Positions 1 to 13,652 of a DNA stretch of 64,000 nt are shown piece after piece. The notes below the pieces were generated by a model. It was not told where the DNA came from, searched no databases, and was given only the letters and a program-made list of their open reading frames with translations. The stretch covers positions 310,001 to 374,000 of the forward strand of contig OZ316899.1 of the NCBI GenBank assembly GCA_973895155.1, given 5' to 3'. Position numbers and translations under genes: made by a program. Within the stretch, counting starts at the first letter, position 1; every line of letters starts with the position of its first letter. The stretch is from Marsupella aquatica (Eukaryota > Plantae > Marchantiophyta).

Positions 1-384
1 TGTGGTCTTAACGAATCGGCTATAGTATGTACATCAACTTTTCGTTAGATTTTTTGGTTATTCCGATATTTTTACGGAAAATGCAATAGGAATGAATGCA
101 ACTTAATATCATTGTAGTTACATGCATCATTAACCATTAGGATTTGTTTTCGTTTCCGTCTCCCTCACTTCGATGTACGGTAAGCAATAGTCTCTGGAAA
201 AGTGAACTCAGCCAACAGGGCAAAAACGTCCACCGGAATTCAGTCTAAATACTTTGAGAAAGGTAGGAAATCTACTGAAATCAGCCATGCGCAAGGTCTG
301 CATAGATAAAATCGGGTACAAATCCTCACTTGGGGCTAGGAAAGAAAGTATCAAGTGGCTGTTGTTTGAGCGGGACTGGATAAA

Positions 385-1750
385 CTAGAGATCGGCAAGA
401 ATCCAATCATCCCGAAGTGAACAAACAATATTATATTCCTCAATCTCGTCACTACATGTGGGAGGCACGTTGCGACAACAGGTATCTGGGTCGTGTCAGA
501 GGACAACACGATTAAGATACTCCAATCATTGAGTTCGTACAAATAAGTTTCCGATCAATTTCTTTGCTAAACAAGACTCCGGATAGAATCAGATGAATGG
601 GTACTATAAGTTTTGCAGGTACTAGCTTGACATTGGACATTAAAAGTATCACGCCTCGTCCCAGTAATATATGTCGAGCCCAGTGCTGTAGAGCTTGGCT
701 AGGAGAGGGCTTACCATGAACCCGCTGCATTCCCAGTCTGAGTAAAACCTTCCAGTGAACTTCGATGGTAGAGATATGCAGTCCAAGCAGAGTAGGACTC
801 GTTTCCCACGGTCGGCATTTAATCTTGACAAAAACATAGGTGAGGATTAGAGTTCGTAAGGGCCTGAAACCCGGATGTCCAGCACTACAAAGAAATTTTC
901 ATTTCGGTCGGTATTTGAGAGTTGGCGGAGCATCCTCTGCATCCCCTAGCAAAATTCGGGGCGCGGCTCTTAGGGACAATCTTCCCTGCCTTACACAAAT
1001 TCCATTTAAATTGCGACGTATTCCACTCATGTAGCAGCTTGGAATCTGAGTCCACAGTATACCCACCACTTTCTTCCAGCTGATCTTGTTGCACTCCTGT
1101 TCATGGGAGGGGGGTCAAGGAGAGCGATTTTTTCCTCACACTTCAATGCATTCCCAAAAAGGTAAAACTTGTGAACCAATGCGTTCCAGAGTTTAGTAGT
1201 TCATTATGTAAGGTCGAGTGTCCTTACCAAATCTCTAGTGAGTTCCGCACGATGCATTTCCCTAAATTTTCCGCCATCGAAAAGTATCTCACCCGCAGCA
1301 AACGTCCCGCGTGATTGTAGGATAACTGTGGGGACATTGAGATCACCCACCTTTTCAAACCTATCTACATCCTTTACAAGACTCTTAACAATTAAAATCT
1401 GTGGTTCCTTATCAAAATTCGATATAATTTCAATGAGGTCCTGCTTCAGGACACCTATCTCCGGTCACAGTCCCTAATTCGGGGCCTAGACTTGTTCTCG
1501 AAAGGTATATTCTGCCAGCCGTCCATCATGTTGCTGTTTGAAACAAGAAAGCTGCGCTTGAGCTACATAATCGCACGGTGAGAGATTCCGCTTCCAAAGC
1601 TAACAGTTCCCTTAAAATCATCTAACTATCTCCATACTAAGATCAATGACTGCAACTCTATGCAGTAGTCACATGTATCCCCAAAGCGGACTACGATGCA
1701 TACGTCGCTGTAGGTGTGCACACAGCCAGCAGGTTATTATTCAGGACAGC
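385..1750 (-). CDS. Putative multi-exon gene of unknown function, 5' end not found; exons 1750-1704, 1657-1627, 1533-1492, 1440-1228, 1096-995, 823-715, 621-541, 485-385
   Basis: Manual GT-AG chain of eight phase-compatible exons giving a stop-free peptide (AVLNNNLLAVCTPTATVAVIDLSMEIQHDGRLAEYTFREQDLIEIISNFDKEPQ...CSLRDDWILADL*). Exon 1440-1228 is a clean 71-codon frame with cag/gtaagg borders. Some introns are very short (46, 51, 55 nt), so the model may be over-fitted. No family recognised. Confidence 0.4.
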
Positions 1751-3595
1751 CTGCTAGTTTGTAGTATTGTTGATGGACGTATGAATGTACACGAATTTCT
1801 GTACCACCCAGATCATACATCAGTGGGTCCATGACCCAGATCACAAGTCATGATTAGATGTACAGCAGGTTAGTGATCAGACCACGTCTTTGAATACAGC
1901 TTTGAATGTTCTCGCTAGAACATTCTTACTACAGATCGACAATTCGTTGGCCTACTCATTGGACATCGAACTAAGAAATCCTGGTTTACTATATTATCGA
2001 TCTCGTTAAGATGCTAGCCTCATGGTCGATCGGTGACCATTTTCTGTAGGAATCTCTTGCAGACTTTACTTCTGTGACTGACAAAGGAACACGGAAATAT
2101 GATAGTCAATTCATTCATCCCCTGTTAGCCTCCACAGTCACACCCATCCTTCCGTATGACTAGGAACCTCGAAACTTCCACCAATCCCGCATTTGGCCCG
2201 GTATGAAGGTGAGTCAACTCAGAAGGAGTCTGTTGGTTCCGTTTGGGCCCTCGTTGCAAAACAAGCCTTAGACAGAGGTATGACTTCAGTTTAACTATGT
2301 ATACTTGTTTTCACACTCACTAGGAATTTTGATCCACAACGAAATTCCATCCTCGAGCATCACCTCTGGAAACACTCAGTAGCAGCTTCCCTTGTTAGAA
2401 GGGTAATCAACAGGGTGGAACGGGTCAGGATGCAGGCCTTCAATCTTCCGCTGTACTTGGTCTTAGTCCTGTGTCTGAGTAACGTCTCAAAAGGTCACTG
2501 ACAAATCACTCTGCTTCAAAATATAGGCACTAGGTTTCATCGACAGGAAAGGAATCTGGGCCCCTTCAAGGAGTTTGGTACCTATTACAGGACTCCCTAG
2601 CAATCACCGGTTATGAAAATTAAAATAAGTGTCAACAGCACTCAATGATTTCATATGGGATAAAGCTAATACATGTGCCTAATTAAAACAACACTCCTGC
2701 GGGACTCACTGACAAGCTGCTAAAACGGCGTCGTGAGGACATTACATATTGGATAATCAATATGTGTTGGAGTGAAACCACATAAACTTACCGGAATATA
2801 GTTACGAACAAACCCAACTTGATTTGGATTATGCGGTCCTTACGATGTGTCCATCTGCTTTAACTAGTAAACTTGAGTCCTTAACGCAGTTGTTATTTAG
2901 TTGGACCAACAGCACATCCCACATACACTCTCCTCCCACCTTCAGGCACTTTTACTTTGAAAGCATCTAAACGTACAGAGCATCTCCTTCATTGGTCTCA
3001 TGTGGATTGATTCATCCCTTCCTTCCTTCCTTAGTACATTCACTTCCTCATTCATTCGCCCCCTCTCCCAAGCAAAGATTCACAAGTAAGCCAAGAAATC
3101 CTACCTTTACATTCAAGACCGCAGTTTAGCTATGAATTGGTAACTCCGCACTTCAATACGACTGATTCTTTGGTTGCACTAGACCTTACAAAGACCTTGA
3201 CAAGCAAAAGGTGCCTTCTAAATTCAACCAGCTATCTCTCTTCAACTAAACACTCATCATTTAGAACAGACTTCAAGGTAAGAAATCTCAGAAACTTCAA
3301 ATAAGCGCATGATTTGTTCATAACTGGTTAGAGCCCCCCAGTTGTTCAGTGGGCTCCTGTAAGAGAATCGAACCTCCTCCGTACAAATCACACGTGAGGT
3401 CGTCCGTTCTTCATGACCTTATCTTCATATGGCGGGTAAGCCTTCTTTGTTTTGACACCCTGTAGCAACTCTGGCGCCTAATTCTAAACAAGTCAAAAAT
3501 ATACGAGGACTGCTAGACACTAATGAGGCAATTTGTGAGGATTATCTGTCCATAGCTCGTATTCCATGAAGAGATAGCGTGTAGGGTAATCCAAC

Positions 3596-6268
3596 CTCCA
3601 GATGTCTGACGCCCCAAGTGAAGTGACGATGCTTTTCTCTGGCTGGTTTAGACAATAAGCCCCTGTACTCATGAAGTACTGTTGACGTGTAGACGCAACG
3701 ATTCACCTTAAGGTAGGTCGATTGCAGAGGAACACTTCCACAGGTCACCACCTGAACAAAACCATGTAAAATTGATCAACTGATACACGGAGTTGCTTTG
3801 ACGAGATGAAAAGGACATTGCAAATATTTGGCAATATATGGCTTAACCCTAAACTTTAACCAGCGCCGTGAGCAAGAACAAAAAAAACAACAGTTTGACA
3901 AACCATCCAGTACCAATCCGGTTGGAATCTACCAGACTTACGATCAAGAAAGCTACGAGTTGTCGTCAAACTACATTACTTTTGATGGCACAAATAACAA
4001 ATCCCTTATGTGAACAATGCAGATGCTTGTGCTTCCAATCGTTGTAGGAGTCAATAGGGTTTCTATCTTGGACACAAAAGTTGCATTTCTTCCATAAAAT
4101 TGGAAAGTTTAATAGAACCGCCCAAAAATTAGCTAGGGATGAAAGGGAAGGATTTCACGGTTTGAAAGACGAAGAAAGAAACACCAGTTGAGCGTGGAAG
4201 ACAAGGGAAAACTGGAACTGCTAATCTCCACATCGGTGCACAGAACAGGGCAGCTTGGCACGAAAACGCAGAGTGAGAACGTAGTGAGCCTACCCAAAGG
4301 GAGTTATACAGAACAGTCGCAAACATTGTCCGATAAGTGATCAACCGGCATGCTGTCTAAAGAGAAAGAATACACCAAAACCTAAGCGCACAAAAAACAC
4401 AAGATATGCCATGACAAATATTTCATTGCAGCAATAAACAACTCCACATCAACAGGACCGAATTCTACGACACCTTTCTATAAACAAACCACAGTGATTT
4501 GGACAATTTTACAACCCAAAATAGTGTCTCTCATCAACCTGAAGCCACTGAGGATCAGTGAAAAGAATGCAGGAGTCCAACCAGCATAAACCGAGTATGG
4601 AATGACAGGTGGTGAGCCTTCGCTTTAATAATTTGATGATCGTGACTAAGTCAATACCGACTACTGAACCAAATTAGTCGAATAATACCAACGTCGCACA
4701 CTAAGAGCCAGGTGTAAATGATAACAAAACCCACAGTTAACAAACATCACATACAAATGCTAAGGCATAGCTCTAGAAGCAAAACGTCAGAAATTCCCTT
4801 TTAGAAAGGCTGACACATGACACAGACCCAAGTAAGCGTGAGAAGATTGGCCAGTATGATGTCGAATTTGACTGAATCGCAGAAGATGATCATGACACGT
4901 CGCAAAAACGGCCAAATTCTGAATGGTGAACTCTGAAATTTCGTAAATTGAGTCTTCTCCACGAGAGCGGCCACATACGGATAAATCTACCATTCTAAAG
5001 GCAAGCAGCTGGGGAAGACCGGATCTCAGTATGCTTGTAATTTTAGACTCTGGTTTCAAAATTGTAAATTAACAATACAAAAGTACAAATACAGTAAAAG
5101 GATTTGCCCCCCTTGTATATCGAATTGGCTTCGTCATAGACATAGAGAACCCACCAGTACTATTTAGTCACACGTTTCATTCTTATTTAAAAGATTACAA
5201 TTCAAAAGAACTCACCCCCGTGATTTTCACAAACTGCCCCTCCTTAGCTGATCCCAACTCCGACTCGGGAAACCCAATTAAGAATCCGGTGACACAACTT
5301 CGTCGCCAGAATCTATTCCAGACAAAAAGAGCAGCCAAAACAGCGAAGAGAACCGCCACGATAATCAGTAGTATGGCATTTTTAACTGCCGCGATAATAA
5401 ACACTCCTGCAATAAACCCCATCACGAATAATGGAATCACCGTCCACAATATAACCTTAGGAAATCCTGTACGAAAGGAATATTCCTGATCATGACTCAA
5501 GTTGTTGACGCCTTGACAGTTGCCTCCAAGACCATTTACAGGCTTGGCTGGACCTCCATTCGGCTCCAAAGGTCCGGACGGCCTTTTCTGATAAACTCCT
5601 GTTGACGTGAGAAGACCGGAGGAGAGTGGTCCAGAAGTAATAAGGCCGGTGGCCGGAAGCACTGGGGCTAGCTGGCCTGGTACCTTACTCACGCTACCAA
5701 GTGCTGTACCAGAGCGGGAACGACTTGGAGCGTTGATCAAGGGACCTGTTCCAGGAGAGAACTTTCTTGAACTACTTGGACCGGGTAGATCGCCATCAGA
5801 GCTTCTTGTCAAAGGGCCCGACTTCGAAGCTTGCCTGACAACTGACAACATTGTACCAACCAAAGGACCAGACTTGGAGACATGCAATCCTGATCCGGAA
5901 TTTTGCCACGATATGGTGGAGCCAAATATTCCGGAGGGTAAACCAGCTGGCAGCACACACTCACTGGAAGGAATTGGACCTGAATGTGAGGAAGAAGCCA
6001 CAGATCCGACCCCGTTCAAAGATCCTGCCGTGGAACCAGTCTTTCTCAGGTTTGCCGAGCTCGAGTTATCTACCGCAATGTCGAACATCTTACCTAGCTC
6101 ACCAGATTTCTTGACGTCTCCTCCTGTATACGGCATCTGAGGAACGCTCATAGTAGGACTTTTGTCTTTGTGCTGATCTGGATGACCAGATACGTAGAGA
6201 CCATTGCTAAGCTGATGCGATGGGAATCTCGTGGCAGCAATGCTCGTACTAGCATTAGGTACCCCCAT
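3596..6268 (-). CDS. SHOU4L: SHOU4/SHOU4-like (At1g16860 family) membrane protein; exon 1 6268-5216, exon 2 3751-3596; terminal exon not found in window
   Basis: Family-typical N-terminus FPSHQLSNGLYVSG..PTM..MPYTGGDVKKSGELGKMFDI, repeated SGPL motifs, two hydrophobic helices, then GQFVKITG|VVTCGSVPL...RCVYTST.LHEYRG...HRHFTWG.R.LE. Phase-0 GTGAGT donor at 5215, TTCAG acceptor at 3752, GTTGGA donor at 3595. Confidence 0.88.
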
Positions 6269-6559
6269 TGACCCAGTGGAAAGGATTCACAGAAGCAGAG
6301 AACACAATGACGAGAAAAGGCCGACGAACGCTCCCCCGAACCCGAAGCGTACTGGTTCTAATTCGAGCCAACAATCGGAAATTGTACAACTACCGTTCCC
6401 ACAAGCAGGACGGTGTCGAATGGGTGAAGGGGGCACATAAAACTATGAACGACCGGAGTTTTGCAAACTGCAAACGAACAAAACGCACCCGAAAGACCCA
6501 ATCAAGGGAAGGAACCATGGAGCCCGAAAAGCCTGACACAAAACCTACAAGAAAAAGAG

Positions 6560-7620
6560 GGCTATGAGGGACCTATCGGCAAACTGTAGAGAGAGGAGTG
6601 AAATGCATAGGGGGATCCAGGGACACATGTAGGAAAAGGTCTCGCTCAACACAAAGGGAACCTGACTTGCTTGCGGCCCTAGAACCAACCACTTCAACCC
6701 TACAAAGAATAGTAAATGCCTGAGCCTAAAGTGCAGGCTACATCCACGGGCACAACAAGACAGTGACGACAGGCACAGGTGGGAAAGGCCTCCGTTCAAC
6801 ACAAAGGACCCCACAAGATAATAAGAAGCAATCAAAGGCCGGGTAAAAAACTCCCAAAACCTCCACAGCAAGGGTGATATAGATTGTTGTGGAAGCGACC
6901 TCCTCCCTCAGACGAAGGGCTCTCGCAGCTGTGTGTCTAGGCACATGAGCGGCGACTGCAACATTGGCCCCACTAATAGGGTCCGCAACAACAACATCTC
7001 CAAGGGCCCGGACTCCAGCACGCAAGAAGACAAGGTCAACACGGCGGCGATCAGAGACTCCATCACGTGGTGGCAAAACATGTCGGTGCTCCATGGAAAC
7101 ATGGTAGCCCGAGTCACGAGTGATGGCAACAACCACATCTCAATTGTTGTCATGGGTAGCAGTCCACTCACTACTATGCCCACACCTAAGAATATGAATG
7201 CCTCCCCTGTCCAAAGATGGACCACAAACACAAGTGGGCTGGCCAAGCATGCAGGGGTGGGGGAGACCAAGCCTGAGGTGAATAGATGTAGTGAAGATAA
7301 AGGAACTCATACAAAATAGGGCCCACACTGGACTAACCAAAAGCCAAGCCTGAACCAAATCCGAGCGTGCATCATATAACATGCTAGAAAGGGTGTGTCA
7401 ATGCAGGCAGTCTAGATTGCCTTTTGAACTTTGTCATGACTGTCCAATATAACTCCCTCAAAACCAGGAATCGTGCCCCGCACCTCTTGGGCCAATAGGT
7501 ACCGTGCGTGGCCAAGTTGGGCTTGAAACAATAGAGTTTTGTTCTCCACTTCCATGACATGGTTAGAGAGGATAGGCCAAAGGTCAACAATGAAGCAAGA
7601 AATGATGACAGTGGCCATGA
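6560..7620 (-). mobile_element. 5'-truncated non-LTR retrotransposon with restriction-like endonuclease (RLE; CRE/NeSL-type C-terminus)
   Basis: ORFs 7382-7140 and 7136-6738 are in one frame split by a TGA. They give a zinc knuckle CVCG..LD..G.H.L.C..THD..RD followed by the RLE motif RRVDLVF...GDVVVADP and a LAVE..G motif. Confidence 0.7.
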
Positions 7621-7647
7621 CAAAAGTTAGTTGTTTATTGCAGGCGG

Positions 7648-7728
7648 CCCTAAACCCTCTACCAACAAGAAGGCGGCCCTAAACCCTAAACCCCTAAAAA
7701 CCCTAAATCCTAAACCCTAAACCCTAAA
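7648..7728 (+). repeat. Interstitial degenerate (CCCTAAA)n telomere-like tract
   Basis: Several perfect and variant CCCTAAA units, with two GGCGGCCCTAAACCCT starts, read directly. Confidence 0.85.
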
Positions 7729-7801
7729 AGAACCATCCTCTCCATCAAGGGCTCCAAGGCCAATAAGATGACCAAAGACCCCCGTGACAATAGAATCAAA
7801 C

Positions 7802-8104
7802 TGTTAGGAATTGACTTGAGTCCCCAACTTTAGTTAGTTTGGCCTTTTTAGGGTTAGTTAACCCTTGATTATTTTAATTAGGATAACATCCGCTTAGATT
7901 AGGCTCACACATCTTGGCCCCCCTTGGGATATAGGTTGCAGAGAAAGCATTATCTCCTTCATTCTTTGCATGTATTTTCATATGTTATGGATCTTGCAAG
8001 AGTTTCTCCACTCGTGGTGTCTTGTGTAGTGTCTGATTGAGTGTGCTCTCATGTTTCGCATTTGTTGTCTAGTTTGAGCCGACAATTTCTTACAAGTGGT
8101 ATCA
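7802..8104 (+). mobile_element. Short LTR (about 293 bp) plus tRNA-iMet-type PBS; truncated LTR retrotransposon
   Basis: TGTTAGGAA...TTCTTACA (7802-8094) followed after 2 nt by TGGTATCA (8097-8104). No partner LTR seen. Confidence 0.55.
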
Positions 8105-8499
8105 CAATTTTGTGTTTGAAGTTTGGTAGTCTAGACAGTGGTGAGAGTGTTTCCTTCACTAGAAGAAAACCCTCCTTTCTGAGACCCTTTTAGACATGAC
8201 TCCAGTGAGACTTTTGTTAATTTGTGACTCCGGCCCGGAAGGTGTCATGCTATAAGAATACATTCAACTATAAGAATACAGGTCATGGAAAGACCGGTTA
8301 GTGACTAGTCTAAAAGCCACTTATGTGACTTTTTTGGGTAAGTCATGAAGAAGTCATAAAAGTAGTCTACAAAGTATGTTGCAATTGAGTTCTACACCTA
8401 CCATGAGGAACTCAATGCATCTACTCTAAGGAACTCAATGTCTACTTGAATGAGGTTATTACTTTATTGTGGATTTATGGCTAATTTGGGGCTTTTCTA

Positions 8500-9440
8500 G
8501 TCTTCCTTGAAATTTGTTTTTGCTTTATATATATAAACCGTGGAACCCCACGGATAAGGGGAAACAAGCAACCCGTGAAAGGCACTAGAAGCACAAAAAC
8601 ACAGCAGCCCAGGGCAAAGCCAACCGAGCCAGCAAATACATCACCCAACACCCAAAGGGGAAGGCCCCACAAGCACGGGGGCCAAGATCACCGCCAACCG
8701 GGACTCACAGGCCCACATCAAATATCTACGGTCACAAAACCGCAGCCAACCTCTACTGCTGCAATCTAGTCCTTTGCTGCAAACAAACGTGATTGTTTCC
8801 TACCAGAGGGAAGTCCACGACCCACCGCATACATATTGTCTGCCACCTCAGAGAGTGCAAGCCCGCAATCAAAGGCCCTACCCGAGCCAGCACTAAACAT
8901 GTGCTCATTTTGTGCCCTCCATATCATCCACAAAACCTGATAAATGATGTAAAGCTTGGCACAATGGAAGGGGTCCTTTCCTATTGCATCATCCAGCAGA
9001 GCAATCAATCCAGCACTAACAGGCAGACTGTAATCTTGTAATCCGAATAATTTTGTAATTAAGCCATCCCAAAAGCGCCAGATTAGCCGCCAACATTCGG
9101 GACCACTCCAATTCCGGAGAATTTAATGCCTTGATGAACCACTGCGCTAATAAAGCTTCTGAGTGACTTTTGAACTCTTTGAATCCCAAACCTCCCTCCA
9201 CCTTAGGAAGAGTCATCTTGGACCACGCTACAAGGGGGGTCTTCTTTCCCCCATAAGGGTTATAGCCCAACAGAAAATCCAGGCTGAGAGCAATGAGTTT
9301 CTTAGTGAGCCCAGCTGAAGCCTTACAAATGCATGACATGGTATATTGGAATGGCTTGCAGAACATGCTTGACTAGTAATGAGCCACTAGTGAATGACAT
9401 AAGCTTGTTGGTCCAGAATGACAGACGAGCAGCAACCTTA
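8500..9440 (-). mobile_element. L1-type LINE 3' fragment (post-RT region of ORF2)
   Basis: ORF 9366-9016 contains KKTPLVAWSKMTLPKVEGGLGFKEF..HSEALLAQW, the conserved plant L1 ORF2 post-RT motif. WMIWRAQNEHMF occurs in 9008-8766; A-rich end near 8510-8530. Confidence 0.72.
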
Positions 9441-11456
9441 TCCAGGGGCTTTTATATTCTTAAGAATTCTTAAGGATATTCACATTACATGATGTTTCGG
9501 CCTTTTTTTTTAACTAAATTTTTTTAACTAAAATTTTAATTACCTTTTTAAGTACTGTCCCCATTATGGTCTTATTAGGCCAATATATAGTGTGTCCAAG
9601 TCATATCCCATAAGCCACAATGCATCTAGCTAATTAATTATCATACATCATGGTAATTGGGGCATTGCATGACCCTAAACCCTAGCCTCAAATTAAGATA
9701 AGATGGGAACCAAGTTTGGGTTGCCATATAGGTGGTCGGGTGGGTTTAATTTAATGCCATGCCCCTAACTCCTCCATGTCCCCTTCCATGCATCATTCCA
9801 TGGGTACCTTAAAAAGGTAATAATTGTCGTCACAGGCACAGTTAAGAAGGATCTGATGGTTGGAAACAAATTGGGCAACATTAAACAAGGGTTTAGGGTT
9901 TAATGCATTCCTTCATGCCAAGCATCATTGTGGATTCCTTTTGAGCAGAGCCGTTACTTGATTTGCGCATAGTTTCCTCACCAAAAATGGAAAGTGTTTT
10001 CTCATCAGTCTGACTAGCAGGAACAACAAGGGATTGTGAGTGATTGAGGAGCAAGGTAGAAGCGCACGGGATTTCTGCTATTGAGTTTGCTACTGCTGAT
10101 CGATCCACATTCAATGAGAGTGCACGACTAGTCAATCCATTGAGAGTTCAAGTGAACAGAATAGTGTTGCAGTGGTGTCTGGATTTCTATGCTGATCTGT
10201 TGGGATTTGGACAATACAATCTTGCCATTTTGAAGCTTTGTGGTGATTGCTAGTGGTCTCATCATTTTTTGCTATGGTGTGAAGGCGGCAAAGCTTCTAG
10301 TCTGGCCTTTGAGTGACTCGCGGTGAGCTTCTAGTGTGGCTATTGAGGTTGACTAAGCTGCATTGACCGAGTTGAACTGAACTGCTACATTCAGTTAATA
10401 CTCACTAATCAAGCTACTGAGATGCCATTGGGATTGCTGTACTGCATGTGAGCTGCAATCGACCCAAGCTACGAACTACAACCAATCAGGGAGTGTGCGA
10501 ATGGAGCTCTAGCTTAGTTGCATCCTCAGACTCTGAGATAGTGGACGGATAGCGCTGACATTTATCGAGTGTGTTTCACTACATGAATTTTGTCTGGGCC
10601 CTAACCTCCGAGGCATGTAAGGTGCGTGCCCATCTCTTTGTGCCGCCATCTTTGTATTGTTACCTCCACCTATGCATGGATTTTTTTTCATTTCTAAAAT
10701 GAAGAGGACCAGCTGTCTTCCCATCATTATTTAGACGTCTTGTTCTCTGTGACACGGGCAGTGTGTCACTTAGCATGACGCAAGTGTTGGATTAGGACGT
10801 ATACGGTCATTAGGACCATATCCGTATATGTAGGACGGTATGAGTAGCAGTTTTTGCAATTATGATTAGACTAGGAATAGGTTAGTTAACTTAATGAGTA
10901 CTGATTACAAAGCACATTATTACAATCGCCCGCTATACTATGGCGGCGGTGGAGTAAAATTTTGTTATGGAAAATCACGCTTGGATCGAGACAGTCGACT
11001 TCAATCAGGAGATGGCGACTAACGGCCCTCGATGTCCTCACACCCGAGCTCGCCCATGAGCCCCCATAAGAACCCAGTCAGTGGCGCAACAACCCATTTG
11101 CCACTTTGCGCCTCATTGTTACTTGAGCATCGTCAATTCACTCTTGCGCATCAGCCACACTCTAGATCAAGCTTACTTTTATCAAAGGAAATCAAAGGTT
11201 GTGTGCGCATTGTGGCAAGATTTAGTCAGAGCAGGCACCAACGCAAGCAGTGTTCTTCGCGGGAGATCACAGACCTGCGACACTATGATAGTGAGGGAGC
11301 AAGGGAAGCGGACTCGATCAGTGGACTGCCAAGGTTAGTATGACCCTTACAACTCTTGGATTCTAGACCCTATTTGGGGAGGTAGGCGCTAAGCTCTCAA
11401 AGACTTACTGGTACTCATGTCCCGAGAAGGCTTCCTATGAACAAAGGTGTGCAAAA

Positions 11457-13652
11457 TTGGTGATTAAAGTAGCGCAGATTAACTGCAAGAAGGCTGCACT
11501 CACCAAAGACTCGAACTGCAACGACTTACGGGACTACATTACTGAGTTGTACATCAACAAAGAAGGATTTTGGTCTGTAGCCAAGACGATCCTAGTAGTC
11601 CCCGCAAAGTACTTTAGGCTGAAGGGCGACCAGAGTCTCACTCAGGCGGATTTTGACAAAATTCCAAGTTACATCGACCAGCAGATTGTGGCCGAGAGGC
11701 GGGAGGAGGAGATCAACTGTCCGAGGGAGGCAGTGCAAAATCTAACCTTCCTTGGAGAAAGCTCCAACTTGTTCAACTGGGATATGGCTACTCCGTCGGT
11801 GCCCATGGCCACTTGGCCTATTGTCCCGGCCAAGCGCGTGCCACCAAGCCAGGCCCAGGTACACCTAGTGAACAACGTCAAGTGTTCTTCTTACTTGGGC
11901 AGAAATGTTAGTCTGCGATTAGAGCAACGCTCAAGGAAACGGACTAGGACTATGCAAGGTCTTGAACCGACTAAATATGCGGACTACCCCCGACCCTGTA
12001 CCAAGTACTACCCCCGTCAACCCGCCACCCAGTCCAGGAGAGGACCTACCAGCCAATAGCCGAGCCTGCTACAGATAATCCACATTCTCGAGGTTGTTTG
12101 GATAAGCGATCAAGAACCCGATTCACGCAGACTATCTCAAGGAGCATCAGCTTGACCAATTTTCTCATTTGAATTGGAGGCCTACCGCCGCAAGGGCAAG
12201 GGAGATATACAAGTTTATCGCAAATTTTGACATCGACGAGCCGGCCACCAAGGTATTGGGGCAGACTCTATACCTCACAGAGTACCGGTTGGCCTAGATC
12301 TTATGCCTACCAACCGCTCTCATGTCCATTGAACTCTGTATCCGGGATAAGGAGTATACGCCCCAACACTTCAAATCGGAGGGTAAAACAGATAACGGGT
12401 ACAAGCAAGGTTTGTGCACCAACCTAGCCTGTATGGAACGCCTAAACTTCGTACGGACTACCCTGCACATGATCAAACCGCGCTCCAAGATCTCCCTTTG
12501 CACAATTATGCAGGTAGAGCATTGCAAACGGCGGAATTGGGCCCAATTCTTTAGCCACCGGTTCTTGGGAGAACTTAGGCGGGCTAAGGCAGGATTGCCT
12601 ATTGGGGGGGAAACCTACCTGGGAAGTCATATAGCGATCATTCTAGGTTGGTACAAACAACGTTGCTAGGCCCGAGGAAAGAATATGGCCACCTCGGCCC
12701 CAACAAACACCAACACCGCCCCCAATGGTGGTACCAATGCCCCGGCAACCGCAGCTCAAGTAAACCCCAACCCCACTCCGTTGCAACCTGCACCCCCGCC
12801 ATCTACTCCGCTTGGAAACCTTACAAGCCATGGACCACCCCCACCACCATCAGCTCCAATTCCCCCATCGCCTGAGGAATCCACCCCTTCTCCAGTGCGG
12901 ACTACGGAGGATGCGACCACCCCAGCCGTGGATGCGCCCTTGCCCAAGACCGTGGAGAAGTACTAGGTAGTTCCTGGTACCTTAGCATACAATCTGGTCC
13001 AAACGTTTAGCCAGGACCTATCAGGAGACCTGGCAACATACATCGGGCAACAGGTCGCTAATTATTTTTGCCCGGCCTTTTTATGGTAGACCATCACCCG
13101 CGGCTTGTAACCCGTTTGGAGGATGAGCTTATGGCCAAGGGGAATGTAATTGGGGACCTCCAAATGATTGTGGAGCAATTGGAAACGGCAGCCGCCACTC
13201 ACCACGAGGAGTTAGTCCGAGTCTCAGACCAACGGGACAAACTAAACCAAGAGCTACTTGAGGTCAAGGAAGACCTTAAGAAACTTGAGGTAGTTGTAAC
13301 TCAGCTTGAGGGGAAGTCTACGGCTTGGGTTAAACACTTGACCGATCTAAACAACCAGTTTCTACAAGCCGTCCAGTAGGCAACCTCTGTCGCTGCCGAT
13401 TGGGATAAGTGTTTGGCACAGAACCAGGCTGACCGCAACATGATCAACCTGCTCAATGCGGAAGTGGCCCATCTGCAAGCAAAAGTGGATGAAGTCTCCA
13501 ACAAAGCAGAGGAAGCAGCACGGGACAACAAGACCCTACAAGAACAAGTTATGTTGTTGGTGAGCCAACGGAGTAGGGCGAGAGATGCCTCTGACCCGGG
13601 CGGGTTGAGGCCCCAAACTGATAAGGGGACCAACCCTAGGCCAACAACATGA
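11457..13652 (+). pseudogene. Decayed homologue of the 56241-58619 extra ORF (N-domain, PMD/Athila-ORF1-like domain, Pro-rich linker, coiled coil)
   Basis: GFWSVAKTILVVPAKYFRLKGDQSLTQADFDKIP aligns to GFWEALLRLPDEVFNIPGTIDLQQHHFDHIP. FKSEGKTDNGYKQGLC...ERLNF...LHMIKPR...RRNWAQFF...IGGETYLGSHIAIILGWY aligns to FPSEGVVDNGFVMKTC...ERLEF...LHMMEPR...RRWASYF...IGGKAYFASHIEIILEWY. Several stops and frameshifts. Confidence 0.8.

Noticed and set aside
600-1250. Plus-strand chain of 27-40 nt GT-AG micro-introns
   Set aside because: Introns are too short for plants and no consistent stop-free frame results; the minus-strand model fits better.
5220-6140. Plus-strand ORFs (89, 177, 87 aa) overlapping the SHOU4-like exon
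   Set aside because: Antisense shadows of a Ser/Gly/Pro-rich coding exon.
7648-7728. True chromosome end
   Set aside because: The tract is short, degenerate and internal.
9450-10740. Possible DNA transposon remnant (palindrome CTTAAGAATTCTTAAG near 9460)
   Set aside because: No recognisable ORF, TIR pair or TSD.
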